From positions 72,540,001-72,604,000 of the forward strand of contig OX597821.1 in assembly GCA_951406725.2 (NCBI GenBank): 64,000 nt of DNA. Reading direction: 5' to 3'. This stretch comes from Octopus vulgaris. Its lineage: Eukaryota. Both the position numbers and the translations under genes were made by a program. This document shows, piece after piece, positions 12,691-26,163 of this stretch; the stretch's first letter is position 1, and every line of letters starts with the position of its first letter. The notes below the pieces were generated by a model. That model had not been told where the DNA came from and made no database searches. It was given only the letters and a program-made list of their open reading frames with translations.

Positions 12691-13426
12691 CGATCGGATG
12701 GTGCTTTTTACATGCCACCAATTATGTTCTCTCTTTCACTTTCTAAAACTGATGTCATTGTATTTTGAGGGCTGTTGATTTATGATTTTAGTATTAAATA
12801 CTATAGTTTTAGTATAATTAAATTGATATAATTAGTAAATTAAGGAAGCTAAGTTCTGTGAATATGATGACCAATTGAAATTATTGGTTGATGACAAATT
12901 GTATAAGTTTAGTTGTGAGGAATGTTTAGTAAGGGATTCAGTTGCATTCCAGTTAATCTCTTTATCAAATTCTTTGGATATTGGTTGTCCAAAGAACAGC
13001 TGAAAAATATCAATTTAGAAGGCTGTGTTTTTTTGTCTTTTTTTTTATACACCCTGCCCCAGTTTCTAGTAAGATTCTAAAATTTATTTTTATAGATTGG
13101 TACAATATATTTCGATTGACCTTGCTACTGAGTTAGCTGTCACTTACGGAGACTATAATTACCATAGTTTTACTAATCAAGGCTTTTACAAGTAGGTACA
13201 CACCAATAGCTCAACTATTGCATTGCAAGTAAGAGGATTCGATGAGCAATTTGTACTCTCTCAATGGGTTTTTAGATTAGCTGATACAGAGAAAGGTGGG
13301 TTTTTTTTTGCCGTTTTTTTAGTTAAATTTATTCAGAAAATTTAAAATTTAGATTTGTTCCCAACGAAAAGTCCAACTGAAAGCTTACTTTCTGCAAATT
13401 CTTTAATCAAATCTATTTTCTCTTAG

Positions 13427-13501
13427 GTTTCGGACATACCTGCTGTCCTGGAGGTTATTGCTACCTTGGAGAGTTACCCTATTACACGTGAAGCACTTGA
13501 G
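13427..13501 (+). CDS. MED26: Mediator subunit 26, coding exon 2 (VSDIPAVLEVIATLESYPITREALE)
   Basis: 75-nt phase-0 exon between acceptor TTTTCTCTTAG and donor GTAAGC; TFIIS-N/LW domain sequence (AVLEVI..LE.YPIT.EALE). Confidence 0.95.
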
Positions 13502-14298
13502 GTAAGCTGTGTTTTTCATTAGCTTGTGAATATTTCCTCCTTAATAGGAATTTTTTCTTTTAAATATTTTTACTTTTTGTGCTTATTTCAGTTCACTTTT
13601 AACCTGTAATTCTTCTTATCTCTCCTCACACCCAAAGCCATTATTTACAATCAAATATCCTTTTAACACTGACTTCTTATCATTGAAGCCCAACTCTGTC
13701 CCCATGTCAATTGAATGCCTGTAACACATGCTAGGCCCACTCTCTCCAAAGTTTAACAGTGCCATCAAAAGTTTATAGCCCTATATTGTCTCATTACGAC
13801 TTGACCAGTTATTTAACTGAATCCTGAGAACTGCATAATTTTATGTAGATTTATACATTTTATGCAGATAGGTGAGAATATTTAAAATACTCTTTTTACT
13901 TTTGTCTATTCTAGGAAAGTTTGCTCTAGCTTGTTTTTACTTTTTGAGTTGAACTTCAAATTGTTTCGTTTCTCTTTCTTCTGTACCCTTAGCATAACTA
14001 TTTAATCTGTTTATAAATGGAGGGAATGAGGCAAGGAGCATTCTGTCAATCCAGTTCTACCAATTTCTATATATTATTCCAATTGCTCAATTCTAAAACT
14101 GTATTTTAATAATTTTGTAAGTTGATATAAAGCTAATAGTAACTGTAATGTTACATAGTATATTAAAAGTGCTACTCATATTTTTAACTTTAAATAGTAA
14201 TATTTAAGGGGGGGGGGAATTGAATATAGTTAAAGATGTTTTAGTTACTTTATTTATTTTATTTATATCTTAAACTTTTTTTTTGTGTATTTTTACAG

Positions 14299-16029
14299 CA
14301 AACTAGATTGGGGAAGTTGGTCAATGAACTCCGTAAAAAGACTACAAATGATGATCTGGCGCGGCGAGCCAAGAGACTGGTTCGGAGCTGGCAGAAACTC
14401 ATCTCGCCACCAACAGATGGCACCACTGTCAATGGAGAACGGATAAATACCAATTCTCCAAGTCCAGGAATGACTGTTTTAACTGGATCTGCTGGCTCTA
14501 TGCCAGTTAGTCCTGCATCCCTTCGTTTTTCCCCAGGCCTTGTGAAATCTAGTCCATGTGGAATAGCTGCGTCGAGCAAAAACAACTCTCCATGTTTACG
14601 AGTCAATGCAACACCAGGAACTCCAAGATTACATCCAACATCTTTGAAAGTTGATCCTAATGGTATTCAACGATCAAATATATCTCCTAAATCTGTTTGT
14701 CCTTTACGAGGTGTCGCACCATTAACGTCAACCCCTAAAGGACCTATATCCCCTAAAACTATGTGCCCTCGAAGGGCAGGCCTTCCTTCATCTTTAACTC
14801 CAAAACAACATAGTCCAAGTATACCATTATCTTCAACTCCTAAAGGTAATTGTCCGAATGGTCCCTTTAAGAACAGTGCCTCTTCTGACGGCCGTTGTGA
14901 AAATAATCTAATGAGTAATCAGACGTATAGTCCAACAAGAAGTACTGAGCGTAATTGTATGTCAAAGGAAAAAAACTCATTATCAAAAGTTGGTTCACTA
15001 CATCCAGGGAAATGTTCTCCTATAATAAATCATTCCAGGGATCGCATTAATGCTGGCACATTGAATGATCAAAAACCTACACCCAAAGGTAAATTATCTA
15101 ATAGAAAACGGACTTGTAACGATTCGGGTGGTGCACCTCCAGCCAAACGCTCAGTTCCTGCTGACAAATATGTTAAAGATTTACATTCAACAAAAGAAAA
15201 GACAGTTAATGGTATATCGCGTAATGTTTGCCAAAATTTGGAAACTTTAGAGAAGAAAAAATCAGGCAATGCTTTGCCCAAATCCAAATCTGTGATGGAC
15301 AATTTATTTACATATATGAGTGGTGACAGTAATGACTCGTTTAAGAGCTCAACTAGCAAACGTAATTTGACTTTCCATGCAAAGCAAGATAAAACTAAAA
15401 CCTCAAAAGTTAAGACTACAGCTCAGTTGATAGCAGAGCTGCGAGCTAAAAGTGGTTCTACTGGTTCACAACTAAGAGGCGATCTTATAGATAAATTAAA
15501 GAGGCAACCGTCTCCTAACAGTCTAGATGTTCGATTAAAATCTGGCAAGCATAATGCTAGGCCAATGTTGAGTCAGACTAAAACAGAACTTGTTGAAAGG
15601 TTTCTCAAAAATTCTATACGACCTAATCTAAAAGATGAATCAGAATATCTGGAACTTGACCCCTGTAGATTGCTGGAATGTGACTTGCCCAATGGCCAGA
15701 CTCCTATGGAGAGAAGCTTGGGCTCTTCAAGTAGTACAGCACAAGAGGTCTCTTCTAATTCCAACCATTTGTCACTGTTAGAAATCTATAACTCTCTTCC
15801 ACCTTTGAATCTTGATAAAATCGACTGGGATGATGATAAATATGAAGTGGCAGAGCATACAGAACCCATCACCGATAGCATTATTGACAGGTTGCACAAT
15901 GAATATTGGTCAGGTGTTAACGGCCAGTGGGATTCCACTGGCTCTTGGAGAGATTGGACTCACACTATGTCAGTAGAATCATTTGAGGGAAGCAAATTAG
16001 ATTTATTACCTTATGTAAATATTGACTAA
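14299..16029 (+). CDS. MED26: Mediator subunit 26, coding exon 3 (terminal)
   Basis: Acceptor TTTTTACAG then [35 protein letters not shown]; central [12 protein letters not shown]; Med26 C-terminal motif [14 protein letters not shown]...W.DWT...[10 protein letters not shown]. Confidence 0.97.
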   Translation, partial: QTRLGKLVNELRKKTTNDDLARRAKRLVRSWQKLISPPTDGTTVNGERINTNSPSPGMTVLTGSAGSMPVSPASLRFSPGLVKSSPCGIAASSKNNSPCLRVNATPGTPRLHPTSLKVDPNGIQRSNISPKSVCPLRGVAPLTSTPKGPISPKTMCPRRAGLPSSLTPKQHSPSIPLSSTPKGNCPNGPFKNSASSDGRCENNLMSNQTYSPTRSTERNCMSKEKNSLSKVGSLHPGKCSPIINHSRDRINAGTLNDQKPTPKGKLSNRKRTCNDSGGAPPAKRSVPADKYVKDLHSTKEKTVNGISRNVCQNLETLEKKKSGNALPKSKSVMDNLFTYMSGDSNDSFKSSTSKRNLTFHAKQDKTKTSKVKTTAQLIAELRAKSGSTGSQLRGDLIDKLKRQPSPNSLDVRLKSGKHNARPMLSQTKTELVERFLKNSIRPNLKDESEYLELDPCRLLECDLPNGQTPMERSLGSSSSTAQEVSSNSNHLSLLEIYNSLPPLNLDKIDWDDDKYEVAEHTEPITDSIIDRLHNEYWSGVNGQWDSTGSWRDWTHTMSVESFEGSKLDLLPYVNID

Positions 16030-16900
16030 ATAACACAGCAGTTATTGTTTAACACACACACACACACACACATAGTGACGATGATAAATTATTGTTTGGT
16101 AATGGATCCCAGTTGCTTCTCATCTAATTGTTGGATGTGAGAATGAAAAACGGTATTTGTTTGTAGAGTAAATACTAACAACCAAAACTTTCAACATCTC
16201 CACTTATTTTAGTGCAACTTCATTAAAAAAAAAATAATGTATAAAAATAAAATCCCAATTGAAGTATTGAGATGGTAAAACAAGTAGAAAAGCTGGGTGA
16301 TGGCTGTTATTGGTAATGAATGATAAAAATAATAAAAGAGTGGGTGCTGTGATAAGGATTGTCTGTTGACACCGTTGACCAAGGGAACCTGTACTTGATC
16401 CAATATAGAATATTTGGATCTTTGTTGAGAAATCTAATATTTCTGGTAAAGGTATTACAGTTCTTTTTTTTTTTTTTTTTTTCTGTGCTCTTTTATTTCT
16501 CTTAACCTCTTTCTTCAAGCCCTTACCCTTCCAGATTTCTCTTTTGGGTGTGTATGTAATTTATATGTACAATATATAAATACACATAGCACATTCTATC
16601 AATCTTTGCATCCAATGTTACGTTGACTGGCTGCTGTTCTTGGTATTAAGTGCTACATGTAATGTGCTGAGCAGAGATTTCTTACTAGGTTCCAGTAAGC
16701 CTTTCATTCATGTCATGCATACACACGGAAAAGAAAAAAAAGAGACCCAAATATTCATTCATCATTTAAATACATTTAAAGAAAAAGAAAAAAAAAAACA
16801 AACCAAAATGTGACCAAAACAAGAACCTATTATGTTGAACAATGTTTTCAGTAAAGTTAACAATCAGCATGAAAGTGATAAAAGAATAAATATATGCAAA
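16030..16900 (+). other. Probable MED26 3' UTR with candidate poly(A) signals
   Basis: AU-rich sequence after the stop, with AATAAA near 16246, 16331 and 16885; the true end is unknown. Confidence 0.45.
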
Positions 16901-17121
16901 TCAACCATTATTGCGGTTGTAAAACTGTTGTTTGAGTCAGTTGTATTTGTTCCGTGTGTCTCTGCATGTGTGCAAATTTTCATAGAATTGCTATTATGTT
17001 GGTGATGATGTAAGGGAGGATAGATTGTTAAAGCTTGTTTATTAATTTCTTATGCAAGCTATCATAAAAATTTATACTTTATTACAGTTACTCTAAAAAT
17101 TATTTTCATATGAATATATAT

Positions 17122-17278
17122 CTACACTCATGGAGTGGTTGGCATTAGGAAGGGCATCCAGCTGTAGAAACACTGCCAGATCAGACTGGAGCCTGCTGCA
17201 GCCTCCTGGCTTCCCAGACCCTGGTCAAACTGTCCAACCCATGCCAGCATGGAAAACGGGTGTTAAATGATGATGATG
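17122..17278 (+). mobile_element. 5'-truncated 3' tail of the RTE-like LINE family ((GAT)n tail)
   Basis: GGAGTGGTTGGCATTAGGAAGGGCATCCAGCTGTAGAAAC...CCCATGCCAGCATGGAAA...TGATGATG; same sequence as the 3' UTR of the LINE at 26732-28255. Confidence 0.85.
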
Positions 17279-17558
17279 GTACATTTTGAAATATTGCCAG
17301 TCTCTATCTTTCAAATTGTTTGGTTGTTCTTGTTTTGTTAATTGCTAAATCCTCCTCAAATCTTAATTTGTTTGTGCATTTAAAGAAAAGTGATTAATAA
17401 TTAATTATAACCATGTATAACAGTTAAATATAAAAAGAACACATGACTCCAAAATTTAAGGCCTTTATAGTTCTAAAGATTTTTTTGGAAATTTCTTAGC
17501 TAAGAGCTTCCTGTATGTGGGGCATGTGTAATGTACACACACACACACACATTGTACA

Positions 17559-17809
17559 CAGTATGTGGTTGCAAGCTGCTAATAGTTTCATGCATTGGAG
17601 ATGTAATCTAGGTAAGTTTTAATAATATACCTTCTCTCCAAGCAATCTTTGGGCTCTCTGCACATGACCTATACAACTTACAAATCAGGATGTCTATAGG
17701 CTATGTATTCAGAGTCCAATGATTGCTTGGAGATGAGACATGTTATTAAAACTCGCCCAGACTACATCTCCAGTGCATGAAACTATTAATAGCCGGTAAC
17801 TGTACACTG
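17559..17809. mobile_element. Palindromic fold-back MITE (Tc1-type CAGT...ACTG ends)
   Basis: ~115-bp arms align as reverse complements (TAATAGTTTCATGCATTGGAGATGTA / TACATCTCCAGTGCATGAAACTATTA), with a ~20-nt loop and TA at the right flank. Confidence 0.85.
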
Positions 17810-18899
17810 TACATTAATGTTTCTCCCACTGGATGAAGTACTTTTTAATTTTTATTTAACGGAAAAGTGAATTGTGTGTGTATGTGTGTACCATGTTACA
17901 TATACATGAAGTGAGCCTGAAAGATGAAAATGTGAGCAATAGTAATTTCTTTTGAATATACTCTATCTATGAGGAAATTGAATTAAGCTAATTTACCTAC
18001 ATGAACTGGTTCTTGCTGGATCCCATGCAGTTATCTACCACTGTCTATAGGTTTAAATTGAAATCTATTTTGTATTCCATGTTTAATTAATGGAAATCTT
18101 TTCGCAGTGGTTTCTGCTCAGCAGTGTTTTGAAGTTGTTAATGCTTTCAGTTCGCTTTGAGAGAGAATGTCATGAAAGGAAGTGACTGCTGAAGAGTAAT
18201 TGTGCTGTTTAGTAACACCTTGGACCAAATGCTTAATGATAGTTCTTCCACCTCCATCATTTCAGGTTTGATAAAATATGTACCAGTGAAATACTGGGGT
18301 CAATGTAATCAACTAACCCCCTCCCTCTAAAATTACTGTCCTTGTTCCTAAGTTAGAAAGAAAGAAAAATGTGCACTATTTGAGTACCTTAATGTATTCT
18401 TACCATCTTTGTGATTTCTTTCTTGATTTTTATTCTTAGCTTTTGTATCAAATGCTCAAAAATGTTCATTCATCTTATTTCAGCTTGATTTAAATAATTT
18501 ACTGAAATAGTTGAACATTTTCAATTTGACTTAATGGTTGTTGTTTTCAATGATCTCTCTTTCATGCAATAGGAATATGATTTGAAGTTAGTGGGTCTAC
18601 TGGTGTGTAATTTGTGAAACTTCTTAGTTTCTCTATCTTCACTTCAAACGTAACTATTTCTCTCTGTGTGTATGTGTGTACATTCAGTACTTGTTGAGTT
18701 AGCTTTTTTTCTCTTTATTCTCCACAATTCCTACAGTCCAACTACTTGACTCTGTTAATCTGTTTTCTTTTCCACCTTTGTTTCACAAGTCTCTTGGGTA
18801 TTGTGTAATTGGACGTTTTTACATAATCTTCAATGTTCAGGCTTATATATTTAGAATTGCCAAAGGAGGAATTTTCAGTAATTCTTATTTAGTCACATT

Positions 18900-19068
18900 G
18901 CTTCAAATTACTCATGCATTATCTCTTACCTTTGAGATTTTGATGAGGTAACTATTAATTTTCTGAATAATATGGTAGGATTGGTGTGAGAGGCCACATC
19001 TGGCCAGTTTGACCATAAAGCAGGTTGAATATTTTTGGCTGGATATGGCTGGTTTAACTGCTAAAGGG
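18900..19068 (+). mobile_element. piggyBac-like MITE, 3' part
   Basis: Ends GGATATGGCTGGTTTAACTGCTAAAGGG-TTAA; homologous to 30772-30990. Confidence 0.7.
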
Positions 19069-19764
19069 TTAAATCCAGTTCTACTAATCAAAAAGGTGAT
19101 AGTTACTGCTTTTACATGGTAAACTCTACTTATTTGAGTCAGTTATGTGTCATAGAAATTAATGACTAGCTCTGGCTGAAAATTCATAAGACGGTTCATA
19201 TTTAAGAGATTTGTCATAACCTCTCATTTTAAAAATCTTTTCAAGGTTTTTCTTAAGTTTTCATACATTTAAACTGTTTTGTGAGTAAAAACTGTTAGAA
19301 TCCTGATACAAATTTCAAATCAGTGACTAATATTAATTCCCTCAGTTGCTTGTATGTGAATTTGCTGATTGATAAATTGCCACTGGAACTGCCTGTCGTC
19401 TCTCAGCTACTTAATTAGGGTTGATGGCTGTTGGTTTAGTGGCCCCAGTCAAGAGAGAGGAGTTGCGTAGTTATCTTAATATTGGCACTATTTTCTCTGT
19501 TTGCTAAACCTCATCTGAACTTAATATAACGTCTGGTTGTCGCTAATATATATATATATATATATGTGGCTCAGCTTCTCAAGTTGACAGTAAATGTCCA
19601 TCAAACAATTCACAATTCATTCTATCATCGTTGCAGCTGTTAATTTGACCCTGGATATAACATAGCTTCATTTCTAATTGTTGTCACTGGAAAGAAAATG
19701 TAAGAGGAAAAAGAAAATTGTAATTTCATTATCAGTGATATCGCTACTTTCATCATTGTGTATG

Positions 19765-20060
19765 TAGGTGCGGGTGTGGCTGTGTGATAAGAAGCTTCCT
19801 TCCCAACCACATGGTTCTGGGTTCAGTCCCATTGCATGGCACCTTGGGCTGACCAAAGCTTTGTGAGTGGATTTGGTAGATTGAAACTCAAAGAAGCCCA
19901 TTGTATGTGTGTGTGTGTGTATATATATATATATGCATAATGTCCTTGTTTGTCCCTCACCATTTCTTCACTAGTGTTGGTGTGTTTACATCCCTGTAAA
20001 TTAGTTGGCAACACAGAATAAGTACCAGGCTTTAAAAATAAGTTTCTGATCAATTTATTT
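19765..20060 (+). mobile_element. tRNA-derived SINE family A (CORE-like, probably octopus OR2-type)
   Basis: Head GTGGCTGTGTGATAAGAAGCTT...GGGTTCAGTCCCA, then GCACCTTGGGC and an internal (TA/TG)n; other copies at 25290, 29825, 37570 and 57940. Confidence 0.8.
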
Positions 20061-20619
20061 GATTGAAATTTCTTAAAGATGGTAAACACACACACTGTAG
20101 TTACTGATCATTTCTATTTTAATATCCATCTTTTGAAGCTGTCAGACATGACATTCACTTCAAAGAATGTTGCCATTCATTTCAACCTTATTTCGCCTGC
20201 CAGGCCTAAGAACACTTTTTCCCTGTTTATTCTTGAAATTGTTCATTTCATTGTTGTGGCATCATACATGTGCACATTCACAAAGAATTTGTACAGCTTA
20301 CTCATTGTCCATGAATAGGAATTGACTCTTAAAGGTTTTCTCTTGGAATTAGCACTTATCCCAAATTCTGGTCAAATTTTAACTGCATTTGTGTCTTACA
20401 TTTTGTTCTTTTCATAACTTTTACAAGTTGATTCTTGCCATCTTTCCCTGCTGTGAATCTTACAAAACTTGCAGTAATCAGTAATACTTCACATAAAATA
20501 TCTCAACCAGTTAACATTCTAACAACTTCACAGTTCTTTATTTTGGAAACTGGTACAATTGCTTGAGGGTTAGACAATATTTACCGTTCATCAGCGGTAT
20601 CAAATCAAATTGAAATTGT

Positions 20620-20885
20620 AGTTGTGAGCCCCATGCCAAAAGCACATAAAAGGCACCATCCGAATGTGGCCGATGCCAGTGCTACTTTGACTGGCTTCCA
20701 TGCCGGTGGCATGTAAAAAGCACTCGCTACACTCTTGGTGTGGTTGGCGTTAGGAAGGGCATCCAGGTGTTGAAACACTACCAGATCAGATTGGGGCCTG
20801 GTGCAGCCTCCTGGCTTTCCAGACCCCAGTCGAACCGTCCAACCCATGCCAGCATGGGAAACTAGCATTAAACGATGATGATGAT
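20620..20885 (+). mobile_element. RTE-like LINE 3' tail copy
   Basis: Same 3' UTR consensus, ending TAAACGATGATGATGA. Confidence 0.85.
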
Positions 20886-21194
20886 TGGCTAATATTGGTT
20901 TGTATTGTCACCATACTGACAACACTAGAGAAGATTTTAGATTTTCTGTGTTCTGTTCTAATTTTGCAGTGTTTAATGTTGTAGGGGAATAATTTTTGTT
21001 TTTCTTTGGTCATAATATGAAGAATTTTGAAGTAATTAATGGTGAGAAAGAAACCTTGTTTGAAGATGGAGAGTAGGTGCAAGCAGAGAATTTCAGGTAG
21101 CATAAGGATTGATGGGTGACAGCTTGTGTGAGATATGGTTATTACAATAATGTAAATTTGAGCTGATTTTTAACTTGATTTGAGCAAAATTTGA

Positions 21195-21545
21195 TCATTT
21201 AATGTCCGTTGTCCATGCTAGCATGGGTTGGACAGTATGACTGGGCTGGCATGTGGAAGGCTGCACCAGACACCAGTCTGATTTGGCATGGTTTTCTACT
21301 GCTAGATGCCCTTCTTAATGCCAACTGCTCCGAGAGTGTAACCGGTGCTTTTACGTACCATTTCTGTGACACTGGGGTGTGTTTACATGACAATTTGTGT
21401 GGCACCAGTATCAGCCACAACTGATTTTGCTTGGCTCGATGGGTCTTCTCAAGCACGACATAATGCCAAAGGTCTCGGTCATTGCCTCTGTGAGTCCCAA
21501 CACTCAAAAGGAACTCAGCCACTTAGCCTCTGTGAGGCCCAATGC
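21195..21545 (-). mobile_element. RTE-like LINE 3' tail copy
   Basis: Reverse complement of the tail consensus (CCATGCTAGCATGGGTTGGAC...GATGCCCTTC). Confidence 0.85.
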
Positions 21546-22159
21546 TTGAAAGGAAATTGCTAGAAATACTTAATTCTACATGGTTTGGGAATGAATTCAA
21601 ACTTTTTTTTTTTAAAACAACATTTATGATGACATTATTAAGGTCGTCTTTCGAACATGAAATTTTAATGGATGGTTTTAATTTATTGTACTTTAAAATG
21701 GGGGTTTTGTATCAAAGGACCAAGGGTAATCTCAAAAAGGTCAATGTTAGTAACGAGATGGAGAATGATGGGATTCTAGTTTTTGGTTGTTGTATGAAAA
21801 TCGATTCTAATATAAGTTAAGTGAATCAGTCTGGTTCTAAGTAATCAGGTAAGTAAATATTCTGTGAAATCTTGAATCTATTTTCAATTTTCTTGCATTG
21901 GTTGTTTTGATATGGAAAGGATTTGGTCAGAGCAAGTTTAGCTTGTGAGAAAAGTGCCTTGCTGTATATTGTATATTAACTAGTGACTTTTATACAGTTT
22001 AGTATTTGATATCATCACATTAAATGTAAACAGTGTTAAGTTAGCTAAATGTTCTAATTGCTGAGAGTTAAACTTTAACAAAGAAGTTTTTGTTTCACAC
22101 AGGATTTGAACCGACTAACCCTAACTTTAGCCACTGCTCGAAACTTTTTGAGTTTGCTA

Positions 22160-22404
22160 GTGGCATGTGTAAAAAGATTCGAGTGAGGTCATTGCCAGTA
22201 CCACCTGAATGGCCCTGTGCCGGTGACACGTAAAAAGCACCTACTACACTCTCGGAGTGGTTGGCGTTAGGAAGGGCATCCAGCTGTAGAAACTCTGCCA
22301 GATCAGATTGGAGCCTGGTGCGGCCATCTGGTTCGCCAGCCCTCAGTCAAAATCGACCAACCCATGCTAGCATGGAAGGCGGACATTAAACGATGATGAT
22401 GATG
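22160..22404 (+). mobile_element. RTE-like LINE 3' tail copy
   Basis: Tail consensus ending AAACGATGATGATGATG. Confidence 0.85.
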
Positions 22405-23394
22405 TAGACTGAGCCAGTGACATGTGTACAATTAATGTTAGTAGTTAACATAGCCATACTTAATGAGAGGAGTAGGATTATCGTTTGAGGTTAGCAATAA
22501 ATGCTATGAATCTGGTGAGTGTTTATTGTAAATTAGTATCACAAGATCTTTTATCTCTAGAAGCCTTATTCAGTTAAATAACTGAACAGCCTCATCAAGA
22601 GTGTGTAGCCTAATGGGTAGGGTGTTGCACTTGTGACCCCAAGGCTGGTTTTGATTCCTGGTTCAGGTAATGTTCTGGAACGAAAACACTTCATGTTGCT
22701 TCAGGTCCACTGTTGTGACCTTGGCTGCTTATAGGCCATGCAAAACTGGGTAACTGGCCTTCGAGTCGAGGGCTTAAGACTGTCATGTCTAGCACATCTA
22801 CACAATTGGTGGGATGATATATATGCGATAACTTCTTGTTCCCCTTTGCCATCTTATAGGCATTGCTCTGTCCAAAATCATTAAAGACGTGGGAATTAAG
22901 GGTGAAAAATAAAGAGAACTGCTCTGTAATGATTGCTTCTGGTCCTTCAGATTAACAAAAGGAAGATATTCTTTACAAATGTATTGGTATTGTTATGTCC
23001 TCATTAATTTAGCATTTCTTCAGTAATTAGAATAACTTGAATAAAACAATTTTGTATGAAGGGGTGACAGGTAGTCCAGTGATGGTCAGTTGAAGAACTA
23101 ACACCTTTGATGGATTCAATCAGAAATTTCCTGACAGCATTAGTGAATTCTTTGGGTCTTAGTTGAACTGTTTCTTTTTTCTTGAGCCCTGATACTTGTA
23201 ACGTTGGTTTCTGTGGCAGAAGTGATTTGTGATCACAGCATTTCAAATGAAAGGGATATCATTCCATTGCAAGATTCAATGGTGGTGTTGGGGGGCAAGT
23301 TGATCAACAAGTCCAGTACTTGACTGGTACTTTATTTTCATGGTCCCAAATGGGTGGGAAGTAAAAATCGACAGGATTGGGGTTCAGAACATAC

Positions 23395-23608
23395 CTATTT
23401 CTTTACTACCCACAAGGGGCTAAACACGGGGGACAGACAAACGGATTAAGTCGATTACATCGACTCCAATGTGTAACTGGTACTTAATTTATCAAGGATG
23501 AAAGGCGAAGTCGACCTCAGTGGAATTTGAACTCAGAGCGCAGCAGTGGACAAAATACCCCTAAGCAGTTCGCTTGGCGTGCTAACGTTTCTGCCAGCTC
23601 ACCGCCTC
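23395..23608 (-). mobile_element. tRNA-derived SINE family B, nested in an older related copy
   Basis: Minus strand reads GGTGAGCTGGCAGAAACGTTAGCACG...TGAGTTCAAATTCC (B-box)...GCCTTTCATCC..GATAAATTAAGTACCAG. Confidence 0.8.
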
Positions 23609-24683
23609 AGAACATACCACTAACCATTTTGTTTGCCCTTAGTAGAACAACTGACTATGAACTTTATATATATATATAAATTGATATGTGGAAATTGACG
23701 ATTTAAAGTCAGCATATTGGCATAGAAATAATTTTTCTTTTGCCCTTGTTTATAATTTTAACCGTTAAAGGTATTTTAATATGCTACAATTTTTTTGATG
23801 AATTTTTTTCTGAAAAAATTTCATCCTATATTAGTATATATATATATATATATATAAATTTCTCAGAGCTACAAAGCTGTTCATACAAACTTATCATTTC
23901 CCGTAATTAAAATATTGTAATGGGAAGCAACTAAGGGAGATAACTGGATTTATTTTGGTAAAATTTTAGAAATTCATTGAAACCAACTTCCGGAAGATAA
24001 TTGTTAGCAATTCTATTCAGAGGGAAGAAGAGGTGCGGAACTTTTTAAATGGAAATAAGATTTGTTCATTAAAGTATTTTGTCTGAGCAATCTTGTACTT
24101 TAATAGAATCTCTGTGTCTTTCCGTTAGATGAGTGACAGATGTCGGGCTTTATAAATGACAAGTTGGGCGAATTGTATTCGCTTCGTATTTATTGTTGGT
24201 TAATCTCAGGTCACGCTGATTGTGATTTATAAAGAATGACCTTTCAATTGTGACCATGACTGTCGGCTATTTTTATCTAGCAGTCAAGTACATTCCATAA
24301 TCTGTACTTCCTGTTTTACGACAGTCAAGTGGAATCTGAGGGAATGGAGGTGTGACTACTAACTATTTCTTGCAGGTTGATAGATAAAACCGTTCAGGTC
24401 TTCCTGTTTGACAAAAAAATATTGTCGTGATTAAGGTCTCGGTTTACTAAGCATAATGCACCTAGGACTACATTACCAAATATATTTTCCTTAAGACCGA
24501 AGGGTGTGATTTGAGGGACACTTAGGTGCTATGTCTGCCTTGAGACTCCGTCGCTTCTGCAGTTCTTTGCGTGAAGTACAAAACGTTTGTTTCCCACATC
24601 TTGCAGAAGTAAGTGAACCGATTATCGTTCTGAGAGCGAATCTATATTCTATAGAAATATATAGTTACGAGGATGCTATACAA

Positions 24684-24722
<39 letters not shown>

Positions 24723-24724
24723 TT

Positions 24725-25090
24725 TTGTACACCCCCACCCACCCCTTGAAAAAAAAATTTTTTTTCTGCAGAAACCTCGCTTTTCAGCTCCGGAGAATAC
24801 GAATCTGCAAAAGAAAATTGGCAAAAATCGGCATTTTGAACTCCCCCCGCCCTTCCCCCGATATTTTTCTTTCTCAAAATATGCGGGAAAATACGGAGAT
24901 TATGATTTTGAAAAGGAATTTCCAAAAATGTTTATAGTTAGGGTTAGGGGGGAAAAAAGTAAAAAATGAAGAAATGGTGTGTGTGGAGGTGGGGGGAATG
25001 CCGATTTTTGGCAGTTTTCCGGAATCTCCGTATCCGAAAATGGGGGGGGGGGTGAATGGGGGAACGGGATGAAGTCTTCCCACATCTATA
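24725..25090. repeat. Unclassified CpG-richer interspersed element between (TA)n tracts
   Basis: Abrupt compositional change, G/C runs and partially inverted internal motifs (GCAAAAATCGGCATT / ATGCCGATTTTTGGC); no coding signal. Confidence 0.4.
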
Positions 25091-25289
25091 CACACACATC
25101 TATAATATATATATTATATGTAATAGATGTAGAGTGATGTTATATAATGAGATGTCGATAAGCGAAACTAAGAATCTCAAAACAACGTAATTCTATATTG
25201 TGAGGTTTAAAGGTTAAACTGAATTTGGCCGTTGTTTAGCGCTAGGGAGACTTTGATCGAGTAGTGACCCTTGATTTAGGCATATTAAA

Positions 25290-25670
25290 TTTTACTTTTA
25301 CTTGTTTGTCATTAGACTGTGGCACCAATTTGGGGAATTTTAGTCGAACGAATCGATCCCAGGACTTATTCGTTTTCAAGTCTGGTGTTTATTCGATCGG
25401 TCTCTTTTGCCGAACCTCTAATTATGGGGACATAAGCAAACCAACACCTTGTGGTGGGAGGGAACATATCGGCGGCGGAGGTAAAGAATACGTACACCAC
25501 TGGTTTTCGGCGTAACAAAAACCCTACCCACCAGGTGTAAGTAATCTTTACCTTCGCCCACATATCTATATACGAGAGGCTTCTTTCAGTTTCCGTCTAC
25601 CAAATCTATTCACAAAGCTATGGTTGGTCCAAGGCTATAATAGAAGACACTTGTTTAAGGTGTCACCAAA
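25290..25670 (-). mobile_element. SINE family A copy
   Basis: TTTACTTGTTTG..TAGACTGTGGC...CTTCTTTCAGTTTCCGTCTACCAAATC; homologous to 57940-58323. Confidence 0.8.
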
Positions 25671-25679
25671 CACGGAACC

Positions 25680-26163
25680 ATCATCATCATCGTTTAACGT
25701 CTGCTTTCCATGCTAGCATGGGTTGGACGATTTTACTGATGGCTGCACCAGGCCTCCAATCTTGATCTGGCAGAGTTTCTACAGCTCGATGCCCTTCCTA
25801 ACGCCAACCACTCAGAGAGTGTAGTGGGTGTTTTTACGGGTGCCAGTCAGGCGGTACTGGCAACAACCTCACTTGAATCTTTTTACACATGCCACTGGCA
25901 CAGGTGCCAGTAAGGCGACGTTGGTAACGATCACGCTCGAATGGTGCTTTTTTTACGTACCACCGGCACGGAAGCCAGTTAGCCGCTCTGGCAACGATCA
26001 CACTCGGATGGTGCTCTTGGCACCCTACTAGCACGGGCACAGGTGCCAGTAAGGCGACGCTGGTAACGATCACACTTGAATGGTGCCCTTTTATGTGCCA
26101 TTGGCATGGAAGCTGGTTAGCTGCTCTGTCAACGATCACACTCATATGGTGCTCTTTGCACCA
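25680..26163 (-). mobile_element. RTE-like LINE 3' UTR copy with internal tandem repeats
   Basis: (CAT)n start; the ~139-bp unit AGGTGCCAGTAAGGCGACG(T/C)TGGTAACGATCAC... occurs twice. Confidence 0.85.

Noticed and set aside
14308-16029. ORF-track 573-aa single-exon protein starting at TTG
   Set aside because: It is the terminal exon of spliced MED26; the true start is ATG 2417 and the exon begins at 14299.
12598-19068. Apparent composite piggyBac bracketing MED26 exons 2-3
   Set aside because: The 5' and 3' fragments overlap in the consensus (both contain CATGCATTATCT), so they are independent truncated copies.
24937-24949. TTAGGGTTAGGG telomeric motif
   Set aside because: Only two units inside an interspersed element; not an interstitial telomere.
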